Positions 1 to 9,396 of a stretch of DNA of 64,000 nucleotides are shown piece after piece. The translations under genes and the position numbers were made by a program. Under the pieces are notes generated by a model, which was not told where the DNA came from, did no database searches, and saw only the letters and a list, made by a program, of their open reading frames with translations. Origin of the DNA: Gammaproteobacteria bacterium (lineage in GTDB: Bacteria > Pseudomonadota > Gammaproteobacteria > GCA-001735895); NCBI GenBank assembly GCA_050292965.1, contig JBNKMF010000011.1, positions 5,010-69,009 of the forward strand, given 5' to 3'. Numbering within the stretch: the stretch's first letter is position 1; each line of letters begins with the position of its first letter.

Positions 1-73
1 GGTACTTCTGCAGCAGAACTATTAACAGGACGACCAGTATTAGACTGGTGGTACTGAATAGAGCTATTAACAT
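1..73 (-). CDS. 5-prime end of an unidentified gene that runs off the window; hydrophobic N-terminus (MLIALFSTTSLILVVLLIVLLQKY...)
   Basis: Minus-strand ATG at 73-71 with GGAG 6 nt upstream. The frame is open to the window edge. Too short to name. Confidence 0.3.
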   Translation of the reverse strand, partial: MLIALFSTTSLILVVLLIVLLQKY

Positions 74-930
74 ATTATTCTCCAATACTACGGCAGGGCT
101 CACTTAAAAAAACCGAGTAAGTAAACAGATTTCTCTGCTATTACTGGTCCGGTTTTTCAAGCATTCCCGTAATTTCTAATTTATGCCAAATGGACGGGCT
201 AAATAGGGACTGAACGCGTTGAGCACCCCATTGACGCCCCTGACAAGCTGAACAAGAAACACCTTTTTGCAGCACCTGCACATCTGGATTGCTTATTTTT
301 ACTTACCAATGGATTTTACTTTTATATCCTGACCACTCAGGTTTAACTGCTTTAAGATACTCCAGGCCTTCTTTCAACCAGAGTTCAAATTGAAACCTGG
401 TTTAATAGTTAAAAGACAGCATTTGTTAGCTTCACTGATGCCTGTTTATCCTGCTTGATATATTCCGATCTTCCAGCCCGCCCCCCTGACGGCCACATAA
501 AATTCATCAGCGCACAACACCGCTCACCTTCTCTAATAGCAAGAAAAATCGGCCAACAATTCATTTTTGATAAACGCTCTGGCACTGAGCATGGATTTTT
601 TGTTTAGTCGCGGCTACAGCTGTGTTCCATAAAACTACCTCATGACACTTGAAACTCGTCTAATTTAATGCTGTTAAAAAAATACTTACCACAGAGAGGG
701 AAAGTTGGTCCGATTGTTATCCCGTTTTAATCGGACCAACAATTTGATATTAGAGAAATATTTTGAAATGTAAATGTAAACATTTTCACTTTCCACCCAA
801 TCAAGGATGATGAAAACGTTCTAAAATCAAAATAGCGAAAACTCAGGAACAATCAGACAAAACTATAAACTGCCAGAGCTAACAGCAGCTATTGTATTTC
901 CAGCTGCCTGGCTGACCGTAAACGCGGCTA

Positions 931-980
931 CGGAACAGTGGGTTACCCTCTACCGTGAGCGGTCAACTGCGGAATCCAGG
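931..980. mobile_element. Solo right end of the MITE family seen at 3741, 25128 and 33231
   Basis: GGAACAGTGGGTTACCCTCTACCGTGAGCGGTCAACTGCGGAATCCAGG closely matches the right ends at 3895-3943 and 33705-33753. No matching left terminus was found upstream. Confidence 0.65.
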
Positions 981-1106
981 TTGATTCCAACACATCACGA
1001 ACCACAGGCACTTTGAGCAGGAATTCCTGGAAAACTTCGAAGCATAATCCTGCATCCAGTAAGTTTCGCGGTATTCTTTTACACCCGCATCGTTGACTTT
1101 CGCCAT
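963..1106 (-). pseudogene. cbbL: Relic of the RuBisCO form I large-subunit gene; only about 21 N-terminal codons are recognisable (1106-1044)
   Basis: GAGG Shine-Dalgarno then ATG. Translation MAKVNDAGVKEYRETYWMQDY matches the conserved AGVK-x-Y-x-x-TYW N-terminus of form I CbbL. Similarity then stops and the frame runs into the MITE end, stopping at 963. The gene is divergent from a CbbR-like LysR gene. Confidence 0.55.
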
Positions 1107-1305
1107 TGCATTTACCTCAAAATTTATAGGGTTAATAGTTTTAACCTGTTAAGCCGTAGCTCGCTTAAATTTGGACTATATCTATGCTGTCGCCGTCATT
1201 CAGGTGATCAAATATAATGACTTAAATAAATATTATTCGCAGTTTTTAATGAACTACATAAGTAATTTATTATAATGAAACAATAATTATCAATTTTCAT
1301 TTCTC

Positions 1306-2223
1306 ATGAATATTACGATCAGACAACTTAAAGTGTTCTCAGAAGTCGCCAGGCATAGAACCTTTACGCTGGCGGCCAGGCATTTACACCTGACCCAGCC
1401 AGCCGTCTCCATGCAGGTCAAACAACTGGAAGACATGGTGGGTGCTCCCTTGCTAAACAAACAGGGAAGAAAGATTCAACTGACTGATGCAGGCGAAGAA
1501 ATGCTACTGCTTAGTCTCAATGTACTGCAGCAGATTGAGCAAACCGAACAACACCTGAAACTGATCAATGAAGGTCATCAGGGAAAATTAAAACTGGTTG
1601 TTGCGTCCACGGTATCAGCGGTTGCCACCAGGCTACTTGCCAGCTTTAATGCACTCAACCCTGACATGCACATCAGCTTTGATGTGACTAATCGTGCAGG
1701 ATTGATCGAGCAACTGACTAATAATCAGGCCGATATCGTATTGATGGGCCAACCACCTGAAAATATGAACCTGCATACCGTTGCATTTCTGGAGAATCCA
1801 CTAGTCGTCATTGCCTCACCGGAGCACCAGCTATACCAGCAAAAGCACCCTGCCACCATTAATCAGTTACTTGAGCACGGCTTTGTAGTGCGCGAACCAG
1901 GCTCAGGTACCCGGCAGGCAATGGAGCGCTTCTTTAATGAAAATGATAAAGTCTTAAATTCAACCATGGAAATGAACAGTAATGAAGCAATCAAGCAGGC
2001 TGTAGCTGTCGGCCTGGGACTTGGTGTGGTATCGATTCACACACTGGAACATGAACTTAAGGAAAATCGGCTGAAAATTATCAATGCTGAGGGTTTTCCG
2101 ATAATACGCTCCTGGTATCTGGTTCAACGCAAGGATAAACGCCTGTCCCCCCTGGCAGAAAAGTTTCGCCAGTATGTGATTCAGCAAGCTCCATTATTTA
2201 AGGCCTCGATTAAAACTCGCTAA
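1306..2223 (+). CDS. cbbR: LysR-family transcriptional regulator, CbbR-like
   Basis: N-terminal wHTH FTLAARHLHLTQPAVSMQVKQLE plus a LysR substrate-binding domain. Divergently placed from the cbbL relic. Confidence 0.8.
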   Translation: MNITIRQLKVFSEVARHRTFTLAARHLHLTQPAVSMQVKQLEDMVGAPLLNKQGRKIQLTDAGEEMLLLSLNVLQQIEQTEQHLKLINEGHQGKLKLVVASTVSAVATRLLASFNALNPDMHISFDVTNRAGLIEQLTNNQADIVLMGQPPENMNLHTVAFLENPLVVIASPEHQLYQQKHPATINQLLEHGFVVREPGSGTRQAMERFFNENDKVLNSTMEMNSNEAIKQAVAVGLGLGVVSIHTLEHELKENRLKIINAEGFPIIRSWYLVQRKDKRLSPLAEKFRQYVIQQAPLFKASIKTR

Positions 2224-2281
2224 ACAAAAAATTCACCTTCATTTTTTTATACTGCTAATAATTATTATTAAAACCAGCTAG

Positions 2282-3568
2282 ATGAATCCATACACTATTT
2301 TACTTTCCCCCATTACGCGATTACTTCAAGTTGTGCTGATCTGTTTCTTACCATTGATCAATGCGCATGCCGAAGTAGATTGCACAACCACCATTCAAAG
2401 TATTGAAATAAAAGGTAATAATAAGATTCAACCTGAATATCTACTGAAGTGGTCAAACTTGCATACAGGCCAGCAAATTTCTCAGTCAGACCTGATAAGA
2501 GCAAGGCAGGATATTCTAAATACTGGTTACTTTTCGGAGGTCAGCTTACTACACGATGGGTTGTGCCGAGATAAGGCCCCCATAACCATTCAAATCAAGG
2601 AGAAAAGATATCACCTGATCTATCCACGTCTGAGCCGCAACGGTGACGGCGATATTGAAAAAGGTCTCAGGTATCGAGGTTACCAGCTATTTGGAGTGGA
2701 TCAGAACCTGTCTATGTTAGTTGCCAGAAAAGATTATGCAGATGGTAACACTGCTGATCGTCTCGGTATTGACTATGAACTGAATCTGCTCAACCTTCCC
2801 TATCTGTTACGTTGGGGCTATCAAACAATTGAGACCCTGCTAACAGAAACAATAAACCCGGTTATAGTTCAGGATGAAGAATTCTCTTTTCTGGTCGGTA
2901 GAGAATGGCATCCCCCCTGGACCACTCATCCAGTTGGCGTTTTTACAAAATTGAACTTACACGCTAAATCCAGTGATGGAACCGATACGAACGTGGATAT
3001 CGATTCTGGTGACTACAACACAATTGGTGCAAAGCTCGAATATAATAGAGTGAACGATGAAGTTATTCGGCACACAGGTTACTACCACAGTATAGAGCTA
3101 AGTAAAGGCCTGAATTCATTAGCTAGTGATTCAACTGCCTATCGCTTGCGTTTTGAAACTCGATATTACCATGCATTGAACCAACTGGATAACCTGAATG
3201 CACGATTTATTTTTGACCTCACCTCTGAAAAGGTTTTCAACCAATACAATTATTCAATCGGAGGCTCTGATAGTTTACGCGGTATCGAAAGAGGAAGTAT
3301 AACTGGCAATAATCTCTGGCTGGCCAATATTGAGTATGTCATTGGGTATAAGCAGTGGCCTTCATTTCGTAGCTCACTTTTTACTGATGTGGGTTATGTG
3401 TTTAAGGATTACACTTCCATCAATGACCATGACTGGAGGCAAACAGTTGGTTTCGGGCTACGGTGGAAGCTTACCTCCTTTGTCAAAACAGACCTTGTTA
3501 TCGATTATGGATACGACCCAAAAAATAATTTTTCAAAAATCTACCTGTCCACCTCACTACCTTTCTGA
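2282..3568 (+). CDS. Omp85/BamA-family outer-membrane protein (one POTRA domain plus a surface-antigen beta-barrel)
   Basis: Signal peptide; POTRA-like IQSIEIKGNNKI...ILNTGYF; barrel motif GGSDSLRGIERGS; C-terminal aromatic residue (…SLPF). Confidence 0.7.
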   Translation: MNPYTILLSPITRLLQVVLICFLPLINAHAEVDCTTTIQSIEIKGNNKIQPEYLLKWSNLHTGQQISQSDLIRARQDILNTGYFSEVSLLHDGLCRDKAPITIQIKEKRYHLIYPRLSRNGDGDIEKGLRYRGYQLFGVDQNLSMLVARKDYADGNTADRLGIDYELNLLNLPYLLRWGYQTIETLLTETINPVIVQDEEFSFLVGREWHPPWTTHPVGVFTKLNLHAKSSDGTDTNVDIDSGDYNTIGAKLEYNRVNDEVIRHTGYYHSIELSKGLNSLASDSTAYRLRFETRYYHALNQLDNLNARFIFDLTSEKVFNQYNYSIGGSDSLRGIERGSITGNNLWLANIEYVIGYKQWPSFRSSLFTDVGYVFKDYTSINDHDWRQTVGFGLRWKLTSFVKTDLVIDYGYDPKNNFSKIYLSTSLPF

Positions 3569-3740
3569 CACTGATATTTGCTATCACTTTTGATATTAGA
3601 AAATAAAATATATGATAGATTTAACACTTTCTAAACATTGATTCATTCAGTATCTCAAGCTTTGATCTGCCATACCCCTTTATGTTTAGGACAGAAAATC
3701 TTGGGCACCTCTGATCAATTATGTTATATCTATGTATAAA

Positions 3741-3943
3741 CCTAGAATCCGCAGTTGGACGAGTTGAAGTGTGCGTTTGAGGTGGTGCAGATCAAGGAGT
3801 TACAACGAAGAGATACGCCGCCTCAAACGTGCAATTCAGTTCGTAGCGGGATGCACCGATTGGGTGATTATACACATCAATTGTAATGGTTTATGAAACA
3901 GTGGGTTAACCTCTATTGCGAGCGGTCAACTGCGGAATCTAGG
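3741..3943. mobile_element. MITE, 203 bp, non-coding
   Basis: Terminal inverted repeats CCTAGAATCCGCAGTTGGACG and reverse-complement CCTAGATTCCGCAGTTGACCG. Flanked by ATAAA/TTAAA. Contains an internal stem GTGCGTTTGAGGTGG...CCGCCTCAAACGTGCA. Confidence 0.75.
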
Positions 3944-4148
3944 TTAAACAGACTGATGCACAATCAGGACGCATCTTTGTCGGCATGCGCCTACCAGGCA
4001 AGAAGTTGTAAAGCTTAGTGCTTACAGCTCCCGCCCCTCACCTGCATCCATGTAGGCGACGAAGTGTAGGCCCAGCCTGTAAGCCCTGTCAGAGATATAG
4101 CTGAGCCATAAAGTTTTACTTATCGAACAACTGGATTTTTCCTCACCA

Positions 4149-5762
4149 ATGAAACCGCGTATTGCCAGTAAACTAAATCTTGAACTCAGCGCAAACAAAC
4201 TTATCATTTTTTGCGCGCTGTTTATCAGCATTTTCCTGAATTTTTCATTTTATAGCCATGCTTTGGCAATTTACTCCATCAACTTAAGCAATATTGCTTT
4301 TCTATTCGCTATCTTTCTTTTCCAGTTTTTTTTCAGCATACTTTTTCTGAGCCTGTTTGGTTTTAGACCGCTACTACGTCCTGCCATTTTTCTGATCCTG
4401 ATACTGTCATCAGTCATGGCTTACTACATGGATAGTTTCGGCATCCTTATTGATGAGGATATGATCCGCAATGTAGTGCAAACTCAAATTGCTGAAGCAG
4501 CGGATCTGCTTACACCCAAGCTAATGATATATGCAGTGTTTTTAGGAATCATCCCCGGCTTGCTCCTGTATAAATCAAGCGATAAACGATATTCCTTCAA
4601 ACGTGAACTTTTTTTGCGCATCAAACTGATAGCCATCACCATGGCACTACTCATCCTGGTAGTTTTTATATTTTACAAACCCTTCGCTTCTTTTTTCCGA
4701 GAGCACAAAACGGTGAGGTATTACTCCAATCCTCTATACCCAATGTATTCTCTAGTAAAATTCACATACGGCAAGCTGGATACAGCTCAACACAGTTTTA
4801 AAATAATCGCACAGGATGCCAGAATTGATCATCAGAGTGACAACCGGAAACTCGTTATTTTCGTGGTAGGAGAAACCGCGCGTGCCGACCATTTCTCTCT
4901 AAACGGTTACTCAAGAAACACTAATCCACTGTTGAGTAAAGAATCCCTGTTCAACTTCACAAACATGACATCCTGCGGTACTTCAACCGCCATATCTGTA
5001 CCCTGTATGTTTTCAATTCTGGGCAGCTATGACTTCTCTACCAGTAATGCAGACTATACTGAAAATATTTTGGATATCCTGCACAAAGCTGGAGTGAATG
5101 TGCTCTGGAGAGATAACAATTCCAGCTCTAAAGGTGTCGCAAATAGAGTCACCGCTGAAGACTATCGTGATCCTTCCATCAACCCTGTCTGTGATATTGA
5201 ATGCCGTGATACCGGCATGCTGGAAGGCTTGCAAAGCTATATTGATAAGCAAAAGGAAGGCGATATTCTGATAGTTCTGCATTCCATGGGCAACCATGGG
5301 CCTGCCTATTACAAACGCTACACTAAAGATTTTGAAGTTTTCAAACCCGCTTGCCAGACCGCACAGCTTGAAGATTGCAGCGTTGAGGAAATCAATAATG
5401 CCTACGACAATGCAATTCTATATACCGACTACTTCTTATCGCAGTCGATTCAACTGCTTAAACAAAATTCAGGCAAATTCAATACCGCCCTGTTATATGC
5501 CAGCGATCATGGTGAGTCGTTAGGAGAAAATGGTGTCTATCTGCACGGCTTACCCAATTTTATCGCGCCCGAAGCACAAACTCATGTACCCGCCTTTCTG
5601 TGGTTAAGCGATAATTTTCAAAATGTAGATCGATCTGCCATCAGACGTAAGGCAGACTCAGCGCTTAGTCATGATAATTTTTTTCATACCCTGCTCGGTT
5701 TGTTTGAAGTAAAAACCTCTGTTTACGATAAAAGTCTGGATATAGTTTCTGAAAATGATTAG
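4149..5762 (+). CDS. eptA: Phosphoethanolamine--lipid A transferase (EptA/MCR family)
   Basis: Five N-terminal TM helices plus a sulfatase-type domain with VGETARADHFSLNGY, SCGTSTAISVPCMF, HSMGNHGPAYYKRY, YDNAILYTDYF and ASDHGESLGE. Confidence 0.85.
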   Translation: MKPRIASKLNLELSANKLIIFCALFISIFLNFSFYSHALAIYSINLSNIAFLFAIFLFQFFFSILFLSLFGFRPLLRPAIFLILILSSVMAYYMDSFGILIDEDMIRNVVQTQIAEAADLLTPKLMIYAVFLGIIPGLLLYKSSDKRYSFKRELFLRIKLIAITMALLILVVFIFYKPFASFFREHKTVRYYSNPLYPMYSLVKFTYGKLDTAQHSFKIIAQDARIDHQSDNRKLVIFVVGETARADHFSLNGYSRNTNPLLSKESLFNFTNMTSCGTSTAISVPCMFSILGSYDFSTSNADYTENILDILHKAGVNVLWRDNNSSSKGVANRVTAEDYRDPSINPVCDIECRDTGMLEGLQSYIDKQKEGDILIVLHSMGNHGPAYYKRYTKDFEVFKPACQTAQLEDCSVEEINNAYDNAILYTDYFLSQSIQLLKQNSGKFNTALLYASDHGESLGENGVYLHGLPNFIAPEAQTHVPAFLWLSDNFQNVDRSAIRRKADSALSHDNFFHTLLGLFEVKTSVYDKSLDIVSEND

Positions 5763-6049
5763 TTTTTAACAGAATCCAGTCCAGACAATAAAAAAGAGAA
5801 CAAAAAATGCAATATGGCAAGTATTTAGTCTATCAATAAACCAAATATTTAATTATAATAATATATTGATTTACCAATATGATCCTTCACCCTCCAGGAT
5901 CTCTGCTAAATCGAATTATTTGTTTAACAATCAAGCAGTTCCACAAAGTGTATCGGGACTGAAACTACTAACTTTAACAACTCACACTCCTCAGTTTATG
6001 AGCCATAGCCCCATAAACTCTGTGAACCTGTAAATTATTTGTACATACT

Positions 6050-7780
6050 ATGAATTTATTAACTTTTCTGCCTTTTTTAAAATGGTTCCGATTAGTATCC
6101 AAAGACACGATTAAGGCAGATCTATCAGCCGGTCTGACCGGTGCTGTGATTGTACTACCACAGGGTGTCGCGTTTGCCACTATTGCTGGCCTGCCACCTG
6201 AGTATGGACTATACACAGCGATGGTTACACCGATTATCGCTGCTCTTTTTGGCTCATCCTTTCACCTGGTGTCCGGCCCTACCACTGCGATTTCTATCGT
6301 TGTTTTTTCCGCCATCAGCAATCATGCTGATCCGGGGTCAGCTGAATTCATCTCTTTATCCCTGACGCTTACCTTTCTTGCTGGCATCTATCAGCTGGGG
6401 TTTGGTTTAGCCCGACTTGGTGTGCTGGTTAATTTTGTTTCGCATACCGTAGTAATAGGATTTACCGCTGGTGCGGCTATTTTGATAGCAACCAGCCAGA
6501 TGAAGAGTATTACCGGTATTTACGTACCCAAAGGAGAATCTTTTTTACATACCTGGATTGATATGTTTAATGGTATTGGGAACACCAACCCCTATCTATT
6601 CGCTATAGCATTAATCACCCTGATCACTGCTTTGGCAGTAAAAAAATACACTCCAAAGATACCGAATTTACTCGCTGGCATGGTAGTTGGAAGTCTGCTT
6701 GCCCTGATATTAAAAAACTATACCGACAGCATCAAACTGGTCGGTGAAATACCTGCACACTTACCTCCTTTCTCCATTCCCGAATTCAGCCTGGAAACCA
6801 TCCGCATGTTGGCCCCTGAGGCTTTCGCGGTTGCACTTCTTGGTCTTATTGAAGCGGTATCAATAAGTCGTGCAGTTGCCACAAAATCCAGCCAGCGCAT
6901 CGATGCAAATCAGGAGTTTATTGGACAGGGGCTTTCTAATACCGTCGGAAGCTTCTTCTCCAGTTATGCGGGATCGGGATCTTTTACGCGTTCAGGTATC
7001 AACTATGATGCGGGTGCCAAAACACCTATGTCAGCTATCTTTGCTGCACTCTCACTAATGATCATTGTATTACTCATTGCTCCCCTAACCGCCTATCTTC
7101 CAATTGCTGCAATGGGTGGCGTCATTCTTCTGGTTGCTTATAATCTGGTGGATGTTCACCATATCAAAACCACCCTGGCTTTAAGTAAATCTGAATCTGC
7201 AGTATTGCTGACGACCTTTTTTGCCACCTTATTCCTGGAGCTGGAATTTGCCATTTATCTCGGCGTATTACTGTCATTAATTTTCTTTCTGGCTAAAACA
7301 TCTACTCCAAGAATTCCTACACTATCTTTTAATGAGCCACCCGGTGCCGCCCATCGTAAACTGGTTAATATATACAGCAAACCTGTTAAGCAATGTCCTC
7401 AACTTAAGATCATCCGAATTGATATGTCGATCTATTTCGGATCGATCAATCATATTCAAAAACGACTCACTGCCATTGTCGATAACGAAAGGATTTACCA
7501 TATATTAGTCATTGGTAGTGGTATCAATTTTATCGACCTTGCGGGCATCGAAGCCCTGGAAGCTGAGCAAATACGACTTAAGAAACTTGGAGGAGGTTTA
7601 TATTTTCTGGGTCTTAAATCATCTGTGTATGAATTCGCCGCTCGCGCTGGATTTATCAAACATGTGGGTAGTAGCAATTTCTTTGATTCTAAAACTCACG
7701 CGATTAAAACTATCTACAAAAAAATGGATTCAGAAGTTTGCCTGAAATGTCACTCCCAGATATTTGAGGAATGTCCCTGA
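6050..7780 (+). CDS. SulP-family anion transporter with a C-terminal STAS domain
   Basis: LSAGLTGAVIVLPQGVAFATIAGLPPEYGLYTA signature; polytopic core; cytoplasmic STAS-like tail. Confidence 0.85.
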   Translation: MNLLTFLPFLKWFRLVSKDTIKADLSAGLTGAVIVLPQGVAFATIAGLPPEYGLYTAMVTPIIAALFGSSFHLVSGPTTAISIVVFSAISNHADPGSAEFISLSLTLTFLAGIYQLGFGLARLGVLVNFVSHTVVIGFTAGAAILIATSQMKSITGIYVPKGESFLHTWIDMFNGIGNTNPYLFAIALITLITALAVKKYTPKIPNLLAGMVVGSLLALILKNYTDSIKLVGEIPAHLPPFSIPEFSLETIRMLAPEAFAVALLGLIEAVSISRAVATKSSQRIDANQEFIGQGLSNTVGSFFSSYAGSGSFTRSGINYDAGAKTPMSAIFAALSLMIIVLLIAPLTAYLPIAAMGGVILLVAYNLVDVHHIKTTLALSKSESAVLLTTFFATLFLELEFAIYLGVLLSLIFFLAKTSTPRIPTLSFNEPPGAAHRKLVNIYSKPVKQCPQLKIIRIDMSIYFGSINHIQKRLTAIVDNERIYHILVIGSGINFIDLAGIEALEAEQIRLKKLGGGLYFLGLKSSVYEFAARAGFIKHVGSSNFFDSKTHAIKTIYKKMDSEVCLKCHSQIFEECP

Positions 7781-7810
7781 TCCTTAAACTCAGGCGACAG
7801 GATTAAGAGA

Positions 7811-9232
7811 TCAGGTGAATAAAGTAGCATTCAACCAAAGATGGGTAACAATACTGCCGATGTAACCCAAAGCAATGACAGGTGCCCATTTGAGGTGGCC
7901 AAAGAAAGTATATTTACCTCTTGCCTGCCCCATAAGCGCTACTCCAGCAGCCGAACCAATTGACAGTAGAGACCCACCCACACCGGCTGTCAGAGTAACT
8001 AACAACCATTGCCCCTGCGACATCTCTGGCAGCATAGTGAGTACAGCAAACATAACCGGAATATTATCAACGATTGCCGACAACAGGCCGACCGTAATAT
8101 TGGCTGAAGTCGCACCCCACTGTGTGTACATCAATTCTGATACCAATTCCAGATAACCTATAAAGCCAAGCCCTCCCACGCAGGCAACCACACCATAAAA
8201 GAACAACAAGGTATCCCACTCTGCTCGTGCTACTCCCTGAAAAACATCGAAGGGTACAACATCGCCCACTGCAGGATGCAGAGTAGCTGGCTCGTTTTCA
8301 TCAGCGCCATTTTTATGCGTGATTTTTAGATAATACCCAAACACCTTTAGATAGCCCAGACCGGTCAGCATTCCGATGACCGGAGGCAGGTGCAGGTAGT
8401 TATGGAAGCTTACGGCAGTGATGATGGTACAGAGAAATAACAGCATTATTCGCCTGGCACCGCGTTTCACCTTTACCTTATCGCCTGTAGCTACCGGGTG
8501 CTCGTTGGGTACCGCAAAGTGCATAAAAGCGGCTGGCACCAGATAATTAACCATTGAAGGAACAAACAGCGCAAAGAATCCCCAGAAATCTATGATCCCT
8601 TTTTGCCACACCATCAGGGTAGTGATATCCCCAAATGGAGAAAAAGCACCACCCGCATTTGCCGCAACTACTATATTGATGCAGCCCAATAAAACAAAAC
8701 GATTATTATCCCCTGCCACCGCAATAACCACAGCACACATCAGTAATGCGGTAGTCAGGTTATCAGCCACTGGCGAGATAAAAAAAGACAGCGTGCCTGT
8801 AATCCAGAATAAGCTACGAAAACCAAACCCCATTGCAACCAGCTTCGAGCGTAGCGCTTCGAACACATTGCGCTCATCCATAGCGTTGATATAGGTCATC
8901 GCTGCCAGCAGAAACAACATCAATTCTGCGTACTCTAGCAGGTTATGACGTACTGCATTCTCTGGCAGAATTTCCATACCAGGATGAGAACGATATACCC
9001 AAGCAATGGAAGCCCAGATAATACCGGCGGCAATAATGACTGGTTTGGATTTTCGCAGATGGGTAAACTCCTCGGCCATGACCAGGAGATAGGCCAAAAT
9101 AAAAACGATTAAGGAGAAGATGCCGACAGTGCTAGCAGTAAGATCCAGGGCTATCAATTCTTTAATAGCAAAACTGCTGATGGGAAACAGACAAAGCAAT
9201 ATAAATGCTGGTACCAATGTCAGTCTACTCAT
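7811..9232 (-). CDS. nhaD: NhaD-family Na+/H+ antiporter (copy 1)
   Basis: FFISPVADNLTTALLMC and AANAGGAFSPFGDITTLMVWQ motifs; about 12 TM helices. Close paralog of 9397..10806. Confidence 0.8.
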   Translation of the reverse strand: MSRLTLVPAFILLCLFPISSFAIKELIALDLTASTVGIFSLIVFILAYLLVMAEEFTHLRKSKPVIIAAGIIWASIAWVYRSHPGMEILPENAVRHNLLEYAELMLFLLAAMTYINAMDERNVFEALRSKLVAMGFGFRSLFWITGTLSFFISPVADNLTTALLMCAVVIAVAGDNNRFVLLGCINIVVAANAGGAFSPFGDITTLMVWQKGIIDFWGFFALFVPSMVNYLVPAAFMHFAVPNEHPVATGDKVKVKRGARRIMLLFLCTIITAVSFHNYLHLPPVIGMLTGLGYLKVFGYYLKITHKNGADENEPATLHPAVGDVVPFDVFQGVARAEWDTLLFFYGVVACVGGLGFIGYLELVSELMYTQWGATSANITVGLLSAIVDNIPVMFAVLTMLPEMSQGQWLLVTLTAGVGGSLLSIGSAAGVALMGQARGKYTFFGHLKWAPVIALGYIGSIVTHLWLNATLFT

Positions 9233-9396
9233 AAACCTGGACTACCCTGTAAAATATGCGAATAAGACACTATCTTGCTTAGTTGAAATTGCAGTGTCAA
9301 GACAGGCTAATTTTTTACGGGAAAGATTGACCAGTTAATGCTCAACAGCCCAGACACTTTCCCCGTGTATGGACTGTTAAAAAATTTAACCTCGTT

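Noticed and set aside
4022-4231. 69-codon minus-strand ORF overlapping the eptA start
   Set aside because: It has no ribosome-binding site and no recognisable features, and it overlaps the well-supported eptA 5-prime end.
4326-4334. Homopolymeric T8 tract in eptA as a slipped-strand phase-variation switch
   Set aside because: Short A/T runs of this length are frequent throughout this AT-rich sequence, and the tract encodes an ordinary Phe-rich TM segment. There is no evidence of variability.
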